Assembly: GCA_963712275.1 (NCBI GenBank)
Contig: CAVQHD010000001.1
Span: 640,001-704,000 of the forward strand
DNA: 64,000 bases
Direction: 5' to 3'
Origin: an uncultured Rhabdochlamydiaceae bacterium
GTDB taxonomy: Bacteria > Chlamydiota > Chlamydiia > Chlamydiales > Rhabdochlamydiaceae
Shown here piece by piece: positions 1-10,191 of the stretch. Both the position numbers and the translations under genes were made by a program. Numbering within the stretch: position 1 is the first letter of the stretch; each line of letters starts with the position of its first letter. Below the pieces are notes generated by a model. That model had not been told where the DNA came from and ran no database searches. It saw only the letters and a program-made list of their open reading frames with translations.

Positions 1-1086
1 ACGGCGGGCTTCGTCTTCAGAGATAATAGGGATTCGGGTGACTGTTTGCCGTCCCCACTTGATAGGATTTCGATCTGCAACGTAAGGCAATAGGTCAGAG
101 GTGATGCCATAGTAAGCCAAAATAGTATTGCCTTTGGTGGAGGCTCCATATCCGATAACGAGTTTTCCCAGTTTTTTCTGTGTCTCTAAAAAGGCCACCA
201 TTTCAGCTTTGTTTTGTTCGATTCGGCGAGCAAACGCGCGGTAGGTCTCTAGATCTGTGAGGCGAAGGGATTTTTCCTTTTCTCTCATGGCTTGAACTGC
301 CGCTGTTTCATGAGCAAATCCAACATGCCGAATGTAGAGTCTGAAACTGCCTCCATTGACGTCGTTTAGCTCCACATCTTCAACTGTAAGACCACTCCGA
401 TGTAAAATATACTCCATGGAAGCCAATGAATAATATTCGAGGTGTTCAGAGCAAATCGTATCGAAGGAATTTTTCTCGAGCATCGTTGGCAGATAACTGA
501 GTTCAACGATCCAAAGTCCTCCAGGCTCAAGGATTTGGGCAACATCTTGAGCAAATTGAATAGGGTTTTCCAGATCATAGAACATGGCAATGCTTGTAAC
601 GATTTTAGCCTTTTTATTTTTTAAATATTGCTCATAGGCCTTAGCGGAGAAATAGGTATTGATATGTAAATTGCAGTTTTTAGGCTTGATATTTTTTGCA
701 GGATCGATGCCGACTCGAAACAGGTGATGGGGATAGGCGGAAAGAAGTGTTCCATCGTTGGAGGCAATATCGAGAACGACATCCTCGGGGTTTAGCTGAG
801 TTTTTGATCGGCTTATGGCCTGCTCAACAATCGACTTTAGTGCGAGTTGCATCGACTGATTGATTCCGGACATGTACCAATACTGGTCGTACATGGCGTC
901 AGGGTCTACTGTATGTCGAAGTTGCACAAGTCCCGACTCAAGGGAAACGCTTAGTTTCAAAGGGAGTGCGGGAGGATGGGGATCTTCAGGAGCAGGGAAG
1001 CATGAAAAAGGAAGCTGCTCTAGATCTAAGATATCAACCAACGGGGAATTAGAAATCCGGCAGGTAGATCGCTCAAAAACTTTCAT
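1..1086 (-). CDS. NDP-sugar C-methyltransferase-like SAM-dependent methyltransferase (3' end runs off the window)
   Basis: Not in the ORF track; read manually from ATG 1086: MKVFERSTCRISNSPLVDILDLEQLP...VLDIASNDGTLL...FDTICSEHLEYYSL...GYGASTKGNTIL...ADRNPIKWG. These motifs match the sugar C-methyltransferase family. Confidence 0.85.
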   Translation of the reverse strand, partial: MKVFERSTCRISNSPLVDILDLEQLPFSCFPAPEDPHPPALPLKLSVSLESGLVQLRHTVDPDAMYDQYWYMSGINQSMQLALKSIVEQAISRSKTQLNPEDVVLDIASNDGTLLSAYPHHLFRVGIDPAKNIKPKNCNLHINTYFSAKAYEQYLKNKKAKIVTSIAMFYDLENPIQFAQDVAQILEPGGLWIVELSYLPTMLEKNSFDTICSEHLEYYSLASMEYILHRSGLTVEDVELNDVNGGSFRLYIRHVGFAHETAAVQAMREKEKSLRLTDLETYRAFARRIEQNKAEMVAFLETQKKLGKLVIGYGASTKGNTILAYYGITSDLLPYVADRNPIKWGRQTVTRIPIISEDEARR

Positions 1087-1179
1087 AGTTCTCTCGATTA
1101 TGGATGCGTTACTTTAAAGGGCAAAGTCTAACAACCAAGGTTAAAATTGTCTATGCTTGAATCGCTGAATAAGTTTTTA

Positions 1180-2109
1180 TTAGGCTTTTACAGCGGAGGC
1201 CGTAAGCTTCTCTTCCGGGAGGGCGAGCCAGTCATGGGTAAAGAGTTGCGTCACGCGATACCCCAAGTCTTCGAGCTTATCAATCGTGTGAAGGATTCGC
1301 CTGCGGGCATCTTGCGTTGTTGTTGCAAAATTGTGCCCTCCTTGAATTTCAATAATGATCACTGGGCGATTGGATAAAATGGTTTCTCTTGCGCCGTCTA
1401 GGACTTGTTCTTCCATCCCTTCAACATCGATTTTCATGAGTGAAACATCTTTTAAATGGAGTGAGTCGATCGTTAAGAGTTGTACGAACTGTCCTGTGCC
1501 TCCGACTAAAGCTGTTCCCCCTTCGTTGGTGGAATTTAAGGGGGTGAGCTCGATCTGTCCTTCATGAGCGCCTGCTCCAGCCCAGTAAAAGATCGTGTTT
1601 TTCAAGTTGTTGACGGCCATATTCAGAAAGAGTTCTCTGAAAATCTTAGGCTGTGGTTCGAAAGCAATCACTTTGCCGCTCGTGCCAACGGCGCGCGCCA
1701 TTGCCATAGTATGGGTTCCTATGTGAGCTCCGACATCTAATACGGTGGATCCGGGGTGTGCAAATTTGTAGATGGTTCTCTTAATATGGGATTCCCAAGT
1801 ACAGCCCCTTCTGAGGTGGCCTTTAATCATATCGTCGAAATTGTCTAAGTAGAAATACCCATTCTTACCGACAGAAAAAAGGTGATAGTCGGACTCTGGA
1901 AAGCGGTGGATCAAATCAATGATTTGCTCTCGATGCTGTCCATGAATATTGTCGAAGGGTAAATTTGCCGGCAGCGTCATGCTCAATTGTTCGGCAGGGG
2001 GGCGATTCTTTTTTTGATGTTTTGAGGAGTATTTTAAGAAGTATTTGAAGGTAAAGATGCTTGTCGTGACAAATAAACAGACAAAAATTCCATAGAATAA
2101 TTTTTTCAT
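1180..2109 (-). CDS. FkbM-family methyltransferase with N-terminal membrane anchor
   Basis: VLDVGAHIGTHT, VIAFEPQP and LMKIDVEGME motifs; hydrophobic N-terminus. Confidence 0.9.
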   Translation of the reverse strand: MKKLFYGIFVCLFVTTSIFTFKYFLKYSSKHQKKNRPPAEQLSMTLPANLPFDNIHGQHREQIIDLIHRFPESDYHLFSVGKNGYFYLDNFDDMIKGHLRRGCTWESHIKRTIYKFAHPGSTVLDVGAHIGTHTMAMARAVGTSGKVIAFEPQPKIFRELFLNMAVNNLKNTIFYWAGAGAHEGQIELTPLNSTNEGGTALVGGTGQFVQLLTIDSLHLKDVSLMKIDVEGMEEQVLDGARETILSNRPVIIIEIQGGHNFATTTQDARRRILHTIDKLEDLGYRVTQLFTHDWLALPEEKLTASAVKA

Positions 2110-2145
2110 AGATAGGCTCCGAGGGTAAGAATGTAGCAGAGAGGC

Positions 2146-4131
2146 CTATTCCAGTAAACTCAGCTCTTGGTAGTGCTGGAGGAGATCGCGGAAGTGGGCG
2201 GCGTCTTCGAAGCGGAGTTCTTTGGCGGCGAGCTTCATCTCGTGCTGGTAGAAGTCGATTTTTGTGTTGATGTCGTCGGAAGTGAGGTGGGGAGGGACGG
2301 GATCGCCTTCTTCTTTGAGGGTTTGGACGGTTTCGCCGAAGGTTTGGGCAAGGTCTTCGATGACGGAGCGGGTGACGGTTTTAGGGATGATGTTGTGGGT
2401 TTGATTGTAGGTCTCTTGAAGGGTACGCCGGTCGTGAGTGATTTTGAAGGCGCTGTCGATGGATTTTGTCCGCTTGTCGGCATACATCACAACGCGCCCG
2501 GATACGTTGCGGGAGGCGCGGCCGGCTGTTTGGATGAGGGAGGTTTCGCTGCGTAAAAAGCCTTCTTTATCTGCGTCGAGAATGAGGACGAGGGAGACCT
2601 CTGGGATATCGAGCCCTTCTCGAAGGAGGTTGATGCCGACGAGGACGTCGATGGTCCCGCGTCTAAGTTCGTTGATGATTTGAATGCGCTCGAGGGTATC
2701 GATATCGGAGTGGAGATACCGGACTTTGATGCCGACATCGGAGAGGTATTTGGTGAGATCTTCGGCGAGTTTTTTGGTGAGGGTTGTGACGAGGACGCGC
2801 CCTCCTTTTTCGATGGCGGTTTGAATTTCTTCTAGAGAGTCATCGACTTGATGGGTGGCGGGTTTGATTGTGATGATGGGGTCGAGAAGGCCTGTGGGGC
2901 GGATGACTTGCTGAATGATCTCTCCTTGAGCTTCTTGAACTTCCCAGCTGCCTGGGGTAGCAGAGACGTAGATTACTTGATGGATGCGTTTGTAAAATTC
3001 TTCAAACTTGAGGGGTCGATTATCGAAGGCGGAAGGGAGTCTAAATCCGAATTCGACAAGGGCGGTTTTGCGGCTGCGGTCTCCGTTGTACATGGCGTGA
3101 ATTTGCGGGAGTGTTTGATGGGATTCATCGACAAATAGGAGAAAATCTCGGGGGAAATAATCGAGAAGGCAGGGAGGAGGATCCCCTGCGCTGCGTCCGC
3201 TAAAATGGCGGGAATAGTTTTCAACTCCTTTACAAAACCCAATCTCTCGGAGCATCTCTAGGTCGTATTTGGTTCTTTCTAAAATCCGCTGATGTTCGAG
3301 GAGTTTATTTTGGGTTTCAAAGTAGGCGGCGCGCTCTTTGAGCTCGGCTTGGATGGTTTGCAGGGCTTTGAAGCGGACCTCTTCGGGGGTGACGTGGTGG
3401 GATCCTGGAAAGATGGTGATCTGGTCTTTTCGAGACTGTACCTTTCCTGTAAGGGGGTCGATTTCAGAGATGCGCTCGATCTCATCGCCAAAAAACTCAA
3501 CGCGGTAGGCGAGCTTTTCTTCATAGGCAGGCATGATCTCTAAGATGTCTCCCCGAGCCCGAAAGGTGCCTCGAGAGAGCTCATAATCATTTCGCTTATA
3601 ATGTATTTCGACGAGGTGGAGTAGAATATCGTCGCGTCGCCTTTTTTCTTGCACCTTGAGGAGGAGCTGCATCTGCCGGTAGTACTCGGGAAGGCCTAGT
3701 CCGTAGATACAGGAGACGGAGGCAACGATGATCACGTCGCGCCTCTCAATCAGCGACCTTGTTGCAGAAAGTCTCATCCGATCGATCTGGTCGTTGATGG
3801 CCATATCTTTTTCAATATAGGTGTCGGTTCTGGCAATGTAGGCTTCAGGTTGATAGTAGTCGTAGTAGGAGACAAAATACTCGACGGCATTTTCTGGGAA
3901 GAAGGCTTTAAATTCTTGGTAGAGCTGGGCGGCAAGGGTTTTATTGTGCGCCAAGATGAGGGCAGGTCTTTGCACCTTTGCAATCACGTTTGCCATGGTA
4001 AATGTTTTTCCCGAACCGGTGATGCCGAGAAGGACTTGCGATTTTCGGGGACGGTTTAACCCCTCGACAAGCTTCGATATCGCTTCGGGTTGATCGCCTT
4101 TGGGTTCAAAGATTGTCTTTAGGTTAAACAT
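2146..4131 (-). CDS. uvrB: Excinuclease ABC subunit B
   Basis: [34 protein letters not shown]-terminal UVR motif. Start placed at ATG 4131 because the upstream extension lies in a palindromic element. Confidence 0.97.
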   Translation of the reverse strand: MFNLKTIFEPKGDQPEAISKLVEGLNRPRKSQVLLGITGSGKTFTMANVIAKVQRPALILAHNKTLAAQLYQEFKAFFPENAVEYFVSYYDYYQPEAYIARTDTYIEKDMAINDQIDRMRLSATRSLIERRDVIIVASVSCIYGLGLPEYYRQMQLLLKVQEKRRRDDILLHLVEIHYKRNDYELSRGTFRARGDILEIMPAYEEKLAYRVEFFGDEIERISEIDPLTGKVQSRKDQITIFPGSHHVTPEEVRFKALQTIQAELKERAAYFETQNKLLEHQRILERTKYDLEMLREIGFCKGVENYSRHFSGRSAGDPPPCLLDYFPRDFLLFVDESHQTLPQIHAMYNGDRSRKTALVEFGFRLPSAFDNRPLKFEEFYKRIHQVIYVSATPGSWEVQEAQGEIIQQVIRPTGLLDPIITIKPATHQVDDSLEEIQTAIEKGGRVLVTTLTKKLAEDLTKYLSDVGIKVRYLHSDIDTLERIQIINELRRGTIDVLVGINLLREGLDIPEVSLVLILDADKEGFLRSETSLIQTAGRASRNVSGRVVMYADKRTKSIDSAFKITHDRRTLQETYNQTHNIIPKTVTRSVIEDLAQTFGETVQTLKEEGDPVPPHLTSDDINTKIDFYQHEMKLAAKELRFEDAAHFRDLLQHYQELSLLE

Positions 4132-4303
4132 TAGACCTCTTGCGCAACTAAGGGTTCGTCGATTTTCTGGATTATTTTGGCCGATTTTCAATTCTTTTTG
4201 CAGGGGTAATATACGAAAGTTGATATTACCCCTGCAAAAAGAATTGAAAATCGGCTCAAAAGAACCAGAAAATCGACAGAACCTTAGTTACGCAAGAGGT
4301 CTA
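4132..4303. mobile_element. Palindromic MITE/RPE-like element A
   Basis: Terminal IR TAGACCTCTTGCG / CGCAAGAGGTCTA; inner IR GCCGATTTTCAATTCTTTTTGCAGGGGTAATAT / ATATTACCCCTGCAAAAAGAATTGAAAATCGGC; TA at both ends. Confidence 0.85.
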
Positions 4304-5493
4304 TTTGGTGTAAGGTGAAACATGCTTGCGATTTCAAATAAGAAAATCACGGCTGCGACGATAAAAATCGCAATTAAGATTTTCTTTCCCCCAAAGAGTT
4401 GGTAAGGGCCGGAGGCTTTCGAGAGGTATCTATTTTTCCATGCCATCAAGACGGGCAAGACTCCAAACAAGATCACAGCACAGATACCTCCTGCAAAATT
4501 GAGGGCGCGAATGAAAATAGAGGGGTAAACCATGCCGAAGAAGAGCGGAGGCGCGAGTGCTAAGAGGCAGAGCGGGATGCTCTCGTGCTTTTGCCCTTTC
4601 ACTTTTAAGGCGTCTGCTAGAAAGTGGATCAGGGCAAGGGTTTGCGCAAGGAAGGAGCTGAGAAGCGCAAAAAAGGCAAGCCCTTCAGCAAAGGTGCTGA
4701 CCCAGGAAAGTCCTAGCATGCCTGCCACAGCATCGGATGCTTGCCTTCCTTGGTTTAGACTTTGAATGATTCCCCACTCTCCTTGGAGGGGGACAATCCC
4801 TAAAACAACTCCATTCCAGATCAGATAAATGATAAGGGCAAAAAGGCTGCCTGCTAAAATGATCCGGCGTACTTTTGCTGCATCGTTGTTCATATACGTC
4901 ATGAGGGTGGGAATCATGTTATGGTAGCCAAATGCAATGACGAGAACAGGGAGGGAAAAAGGGGCATAAAGGATATTGGAATGTAGGAGTAAGTGGGGCT
5001 GAATGTAATGAACTCCTAAGACAACCATGGCAAGATAGGTAAAAATTTTACCGAACATGAACAGTCGATTCCAATAATCGACAGCCCGAGTTCCTTGATA
5101 GGCGAGGATTCCAAAAATCAGCGTAAATAAGAAAGAGCCGACCCATCTTGGGATGGAAAACGAGGTTGAGATTAAGCTTCCGCTGCCTGATGTGTAGGCG
5201 ACGAGCAGGGAATAGAACAAAAAAAGGTAAAGCGCCCAGCTTAAAATGCGGCCCAGAGGGCCCAAGGTGCGGTCTGCCATTGAGACAATATTGACACGCT
5301 CGTTAAATGTACTATTGACTTCGACGAGAAGAAGGCCTGTCAGAGTCATAAATGCCCAGACAATCAAAAACATAAAAAGAGATGGAATAAAGCCGGCGAT
5401 TCCGGTCGCAATCGGAAGCGCAAGCATCCCTGCTCCAATGCAGCTTCCTGCAATCAAAAGCATGCCTCCGATAAACGTTCCTGAAGAGCTCAT
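4288..5493 (-). CDS. tyrP: Aromatic amino acid (tyrosine) permease, HAAAP family
   Basis: GGMLLIAGSCIGAGMLALP N-terminal signature and many TM helices. The stop codon lies inside element A. Confidence 0.9.
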   Translation of the reverse strand: MSSSGTFIGGMLLIAGSCIGAGMLALPIATGIAGFIPSLFMFLIVWAFMTLTGLLLVEVNSTFNERVNIVSMADRTLGPLGRILSWALYLFLFYSLLVAYTSGSGSLISTSFSIPRWVGSFLFTLIFGILAYQGTRAVDYWNRLFMFGKIFTYLAMVVLGVHYIQPHLLLHSNILYAPFSLPVLVIAFGYHNMIPTLMTYMNNDAAKVRRIILAGSLFALIIYLIWNGVVLGIVPLQGEWGIIQSLNQGRQASDAVAGMLGLSWVSTFAEGLAFFALLSSFLAQTLALIHFLADALKVKGQKHESIPLCLLALAPPLFFGMVYPSIFIRALNFAGGICAVILFGVLPVLMAWKNRYLSKASGPYQLFGGKKILIAIFIVAAVIFLFEIASMFHLTPNRPLA

Positions 5494-5494
5494 A

Positions 5495-7141
5495 TTAAAA
5501 TTCCTTGAGCTGCTGTCTTTTTTGAGCGGTGCGAACTTCTTGATCCAGCCTTCCAAGATTGCTTCCGGTAAAATCGACAAACTTGAAAAATCTTTCAAAA
5601 GCAGGGAAAACTGTCGAAACTTGGCGAGCCAGTTCTTGAGCAATGGATCGGTATCCTGGATGTCCTGCAGGAGAAGAGCGGAGCTCGCACAGCCATTGAA
5701 GCGATCTTAAATTGACATGGAAGTACCAGTGGATATTATAGGCCATGGGAACAACGTATTGAGCTTCTTCGGGAAGCTCTTTTGAAATGACTTCATAAGC
5801 TTCTTTTGCCATCTCCATTGCAGCAGCGTAATCGTCACCCATTGAAGTGCCTACAATTTCTTCGGGGATATAATATCCAAAATGGCAGGTGAGCGGCTGC
5901 CGTTCTTGGGTCAGCATGCGGTGCCGCTGGAGATCGCGATAAATGCCAAAGTCAGCGACGATTTCAAAGGTGAATTCGGCATGTTCGAGCGCTCGAGGAG
6001 ATTTATGGCGCCGGTTTTCACGGAATTGAGCCGCTGCTTCTAAAATCTGTCCTAGGGTCTCATCGGGAAGTTTGCGGCAATAGTCTTGGAGTTCTAAAAG
6101 CCCTACATTGGTATGAGGAAAAAGAAGAGCTGCGGCAACGCGATAGAGACTATCGGGATCGTATCCAATCAACTTGACCTCGGGCTGCGCCATTTTATCG
6201 AGGAAAGCATCGTGTTGATGCGCAATGGTATCAAGCTCTGCTTGAAGCTGCTCAGTGTATTCTATAAAGGATTTTTGGTATTTGTGCGCTGAATCTGCCC
6301 GGCGGATAAAAGAAGGAATGACCTTTGAGAGCTCTTGATAGGCTTTCTTGCCGACATCTTCGAGCTCTGCAAGATGGCAGCAGTTAAATTTTTGCAAGAG
6401 TCCTTCAAAGAACCGGCCGTTTCCATAGACGCCCATATTGGTGAGAGCGCTGGCAGGAAGAAGTCCTCGCAGGCAATCCAAGACTTTGGCTCGCAAGGCG
6501 GCTGAATAGGCGACATGAGAGGTAGCAGGATCCGGAGGAAATTTTTTCTCCATGAGCTCTGTCACGGGCGGAATGAGTTTCGAATAGGTTTCAAAAAGAT
6601 GGTTGCAGGTTTTGATGAATAAGTCTCGATAAGCCGAGGTCATCAAAATCGGTTCTCGATAGAAGAGGTATTCATTTTGAAATTTTTGATCGAAATAGAT
6701 ATAGCGCGTTGATTTTTCAAGAGGCGAGCCTCCAATGCGGCAATCTTCGATGGCCTTTGCTGCAAGCATTGAGATGTTTTCAAGGGCAAGATGAGCTCCT
6801 CCAAGTTCTCCAATAGAGTCGTCGCCATATCCATCTAAAATTCGGTCGTAAAAATTTTGAGCTTTTCGAATGGCGACGATCTGATCTTCAAGGTTTTGAT
6901 CATCCCCCTCTTCTAAAGAGATGCCTGCAATGGGGGCAAAAGCCATTTCTTCGTTGAGAATAAATTCTTTTAAAAGAAGAGAGCGGAGGCCTAAAATAGA
7001 CCTGGAATAGCGAGAAAAAAGGGCTCCCTTGATCACTTCTGGGAGATTTCTGAGAGCAAAGATATTACTTGTCGTGCTTGTTACATAGCGACTTAAGATT
7101 TTAAGTTGACTTGCTGAAAACTCTTCGTAGTTCTCAATCAT
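5495..7141 (-). CDS. thyX: FAD-dependent thymidylate synthase, chlamydial tandem-domain type
   Basis: GALFSRYSRS, EKSTRY, RDLQRHR, ELRSSPAGH; ~550 aa duplicated-domain size. Confidence 0.92.
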   Translation of the reverse strand: MIENYEEFSASQLKILSRYVTSTTSNIFALRNLPEVIKGALFSRYSRSILGLRSLLLKEFILNEEMAFAPIAGISLEEGDDQNLEDQIVAIRKAQNFYDRILDGYGDDSIGELGGAHLALENISMLAAKAIEDCRIGGSPLEKSTRYIYFDQKFQNEYLFYREPILMTSAYRDLFIKTCNHLFETYSKLIPPVTELMEKKFPPDPATSHVAYSAALRAKVLDCLRGLLPASALTNMGVYGNGRFFEGLLQKFNCCHLAELEDVGKKAYQELSKVIPSFIRRADSAHKYQKSFIEYTEQLQAELDTIAHQHDAFLDKMAQPEVKLIGYDPDSLYRVAAALLFPHTNVGLLELQDYCRKLPDETLGQILEAAAQFRENRRHKSPRALEHAEFTFEIVADFGIYRDLQRHRMLTQERQPLTCHFGYYIPEEIVGTSMGDDYAAAMEMAKEAYEVISKELPEEAQYVVPMAYNIHWYFHVNLRSLQWLCELRSSPAGHPGYRSIAQELARQVSTVFPAFERFFKFVDFTGSNLGRLDQEVRTAQKRQQLKEF

Positions 7142-7210
7142 AAGAAGACTCCTATTGGCCTTCACTTAGAGTGGCATAATTGGTGAGGCTGTTGCAAGAA
7201 AAAAGGGTAT

Positions 7211-7244
7211 GAGGAAAAGGATCGGGCACGGCAACGCACGAAAG
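7211..7244 (+). repeat. Short dispersed repeat, copy 1
   Basis: GAGGAAAAGGATCGGGCACGGCAACGCACGAAAG, near-identical to 44973-45009. Confidence 0.6.
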
Positions 7245-7330
7245 GAAAATCCCTCTACAATAAAATAATTTTTAATGTTTGCATTTTAAATTTTTTCCAG
7301 CATAAGATCGAAATTCCATTGGAGGTTTTT

Positions 7331-7657
7331 ATGACAGCTTTATACGGAATAAGTTCTATGAGATTACCGCATGTTAACGTCTACAAATGGGCAGCGGATA
7401 GAAAAATTTTTCTACCTGCGGATTTTAGAAAAACACCCCAAGAAGAAGCGATGTTCCTAAAACTTCTTGCCATGCGGCAATATTTTGTAAAACTCACCCC
7501 TGCTGAAGAACAGGCGAGATATAGCGAAGCATTAAAAGAAGCGGCAAAATATTTGCCAGGGAAGGGATTAAGTGATGGAACATTTATGCTTCTTCAAATC
7601 GGAGTAGGGATTTTTCTTTTTGTAATTATTATTAAAGAAATGACAGCTAAGCTTTAA
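7331..7657 (+). CDS. Hypothetical protein with C-terminal TM helix
   Basis: AT-rich ORF with GGAGG RBS before ATG 7331; hydrophobic tail. Confidence 0.6.
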   Translation: MTALYGISSMRLPHVNVYKWAADRKIFLPADFRKTPQEEAMFLKLLAMRQYFVKLTPAEEQARYSEALKEAAKYLPGKGLSDGTFMLLQIGVGIFLFVIIIKEMTAKL

Positions 7658-7667
7658 AGGGGATTTT

Positions 7668-8654
7668 ATGTCAATTGTGTCAACTACTGAACAAAGATAT
7701 CAACAAGCAGCAATTTATTATACAAAAAGCGATGTGTATCATACGCTAAAAAGACAATGGAAATTCATCAAGGAACCCAATCAATTCGATTGGTTGTCAA
7801 GAGCACTTTTTATTACGATAGGAACGGTAACTTACTGTACCTTTAAGGGTGTCCAAATCGGAGCTAAAATTGCAGATTCTTTATCTTTAAAAGATACCAA
7901 AAGAAATATTGTCATTGTCTGTGGAGGAGGAACAGGCTTTGCAACTGGGGTTGGCATAAGCATTACAGGCCATGCTTTAGCAATTGAACACACTAAACGC
8001 ATGGAAGAATGGAAAAAGGTTAATATAAATCAAGGCATCGAAAAGTTGATGAAAGAAGAGTTTCGAGAAGATGAAATCTGGAATCAATTTACCTGTCCTA
8101 TTTCTTATGAGCCGATGTTTTTCCCCGTCCGAACCCCTACAGGAAGCGTTTGTGAGCATACCGAATTAATGAAAGCTGCCAATGAAAACGGAATGATTAA
8201 AGATATTTATAATGAAACCATACCTTTTCCTACGGATGATGATCCCGAAGCAACGAGAATCATAACGTTTTCTATTGATGCTTGTGTCAAAGATCCTGAA
8301 ATGATGATTGTGATACACAAAAGATTTAGGCATCTTGCTCTAGATAAAGCAAGAGAAGAGGGATTAAGCCGTTCGACAAAAGATTTTTTTCTCCATTATC
8401 GGGATGCTTTGGGACAATTTACTAAAGAAATTTATATGTTGATAGAAGAAAAAATATTTAAAAAGAAACAGGATATACAATCTCAACCAAATGTGACAGA
8501 GGAAGAGGCTGAGGTTTCCGAAGCCATTTACAAGCAAGAAATAGACGAGTTTAAGGCGCTATTTGGGAATACTCCTTTCTCTAACATAGATTGGAGTATT
8601 CAACGTGATTGGATGGAAACTTTGAATAAGAGATGGCGAGAACAACATACATGA
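7668..8654 (+). CDS. Candidate effector with two hydrophobic segments and a U-box-like motif
   Basis: FTCPISYEPMFFPVRTPTGSVCE resembles the U-box consensus FxCPIxxxxMxDPVxxxxGxxY/FE. Confidence 0.6.
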   Translation: MSIVSTTEQRYQQAAIYYTKSDVYHTLKRQWKFIKEPNQFDWLSRALFITIGTVTYCTFKGVQIGAKIADSLSLKDTKRNIVIVCGGGTGFATGVGISITGHALAIEHTKRMEEWKKVNINQGIEKLMKEEFREDEIWNQFTCPISYEPMFFPVRTPTGSVCEHTELMKAANENGMIKDIYNETIPFPTDDDPEATRIITFSIDACVKDPEMMIVIHKRFRHLALDKAREEGLSRSTKDFFLHYRDALGQFTKEIYMLIEEKIFKKKQDIQSQPNVTEEEAEVSEAIYKQEIDEFKALFGNTPFSNIDWSIQRDWMETLNKRWREQHT

Positions 8655-8764
8655 TTTAATTGTCCCTATCCTCTTGTAAAATGGTTTTTAAGCTTTTGCC
8701 CATTGCAAGTTGAAAAATCCAGTAGAGGGAGCTGCTTCGACTGTCCTGGAAAAGGAACGATTAG

Positions 8765-10015
8765 ATGGAACAAGCTGTTTTAGTTTATTTGGACCTCGAA
8801 GGTGTTCCAATGAAAGTCGGAGAGCTTTGGGCGCGCTACCGCAATGGACGCGAAAGTGTCTCTTTTGAATATAATCGGGATTGGTTAAACCATCCAAATC
8901 GATTCTCTTTGGATCCGGCTTTGCAACTCATTGAAGGCCCTTTTCACTCATCGTCCGATAAGCCTCTTTTCGGGGCGATTGATGATTCTGCGCCTGATCG
9001 GTGGGGCCGTCTCCTCATGCGTCGTTCCGAAAGAAAAAAAGCCGAACGGGAAAAACGGACGCCTCGTGCCTTAAATGAAATTGATTTTCTATTGATGGTA
9101 GATGATGAAGGAAGGCAAGGGGCGCTCCGCTTTAAACGAGAAGAACAGAGTTCTTTCTTAACCACCTACGATAAAAATCAGATTCCTCTGTTAATTGCAG
9201 TTGGCAAGCTGCTCACGGCGGCAACCCATGTCTTACAAGAATCGGATACTGAAGAAGACCTTCGACTCTTGCTTGCTCCCGGCTCTTGCCTAGGAGGGGC
9301 AAGGCCAAAAGCTTCCGTCAAGGACAAAGATGGTCATTTAGCCATTGCCAAATTTCCTCGTAAAGATGATGAAATAGATACCATCGGTTGGGAAGCGGTT
9401 GCCCTCACTCTTGCAAGCAAAGCTGGAATCGAAGTGCCTGAGTGGCGGCTTGAATCTGTGGGCCGAGAGCGGATCTTGCTATCTCGGAGATTTGACAGGA
9501 AAAGAAATGTCCGCATCCCTTTTCTTTCGGCCATGAGCGCTCTGATGGCAAAAGACAATGAGATGCACAGTTATCTCGAGATTGCCGATGTCATTCGGCA
9601 GATGAGTGTTTCTTCTAATGAAGATCTTGAGGCTTTATGGCGCCGCATCGTCTTCAATGTTTTGATTTCCAACGTGGATGATCATTTACGCAATCACGCA
9701 TTTCTTTACTCTGGTCTTTCTGGTTGGCGCCTGGCTCCTGCGTACGACTTAAATCCCACACCGACTGATATTAAGCCGAGAATTTTAGCTACTTCAATTG
9801 ATCTAATCGATCCGAGCGCTTCTCTTGATTTAGCAATCGACGCGGCTCACTATTTTGACCTTGAAAACCTACAAGCCAAAAAAATTGTAAAAGAGGTCGG
9901 TTCTGCTGTGGTCTCATGGCGTAAAGAGGCTCTCAAGCTTAAGATCAAAAAGAGAGAAATCGACCGGATGGCCTCCGCTTTTGAGCACGAAGATCTTCAG
10001 AAGGCTATGCGGTAG
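8765..10015 (+). CDS. hipA: HipA-family Ser/Thr kinase toxin
   Basis: DSAPDRWGR, GSCLGGARPKAS, NVDDHLRNH, LAPAYDLNP. Confidence 0.92.
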   Translation: MEQAVLVYLDLEGVPMKVGELWARYRNGRESVSFEYNRDWLNHPNRFSLDPALQLIEGPFHSSSDKPLFGAIDDSAPDRWGRLLMRRSERKKAEREKRTPRALNEIDFLLMVDDEGRQGALRFKREEQSSFLTTYDKNQIPLLIAVGKLLTAATHVLQESDTEEDLRLLLAPGSCLGGARPKASVKDKDGHLAIAKFPRKDDEIDTIGWEAVALTLASKAGIEVPEWRLESVGRERILLSRRFDRKRNVRIPFLSAMSALMAKDNEMHSYLEIADVIRQMSVSSNEDLEALWRRIVFNVLISNVDDHLRNHAFLYSGLSGWRLAPAYDLNPTPTDIKPRILATSIDLIDPSASLDLAIDAAHYFDLENLQAKKIVKEVGSAVVSWRKEALKLKIKKREIDRMASAFEHEDLQKAMR

Positions 10016-10191
10016 GGGAAAGTAAGTTTTTGGACGTCGCCCTATTTGTTAGAAAAATTCTCTTTACCTGGGGAGTTTCTTCTCATGAATACGACTTTAC
10101 AGATGCAAACGATCATTTCAGGATCATCGATCGCCTGATTCAAAAAATAGATTAACAACCTAAAAAAATGTCATTCGTGTAGAATTTAGCC

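Noticed and set aside
2167..4059. Many alternative-frame and antisense ORFs over uvrB (likewise over pbp2, mnmG and others)
   Set aside because: Shadow ORFs of well-supported genes, without motifs.
4100..4318. Small ORFs 4100-4318, 20771-20965, 27135-27485 and 27185-27463 as genes
   Set aside because: They are open frames through the palindromic elements, not independent genes.
5494..5643. Long N-terminal extensions in the ORF track (tyrP, ygfA, UXS-like, lplA, oppA)
   Set aside because: They overlap adjacent genes; family homology begins at downstream ATGs.
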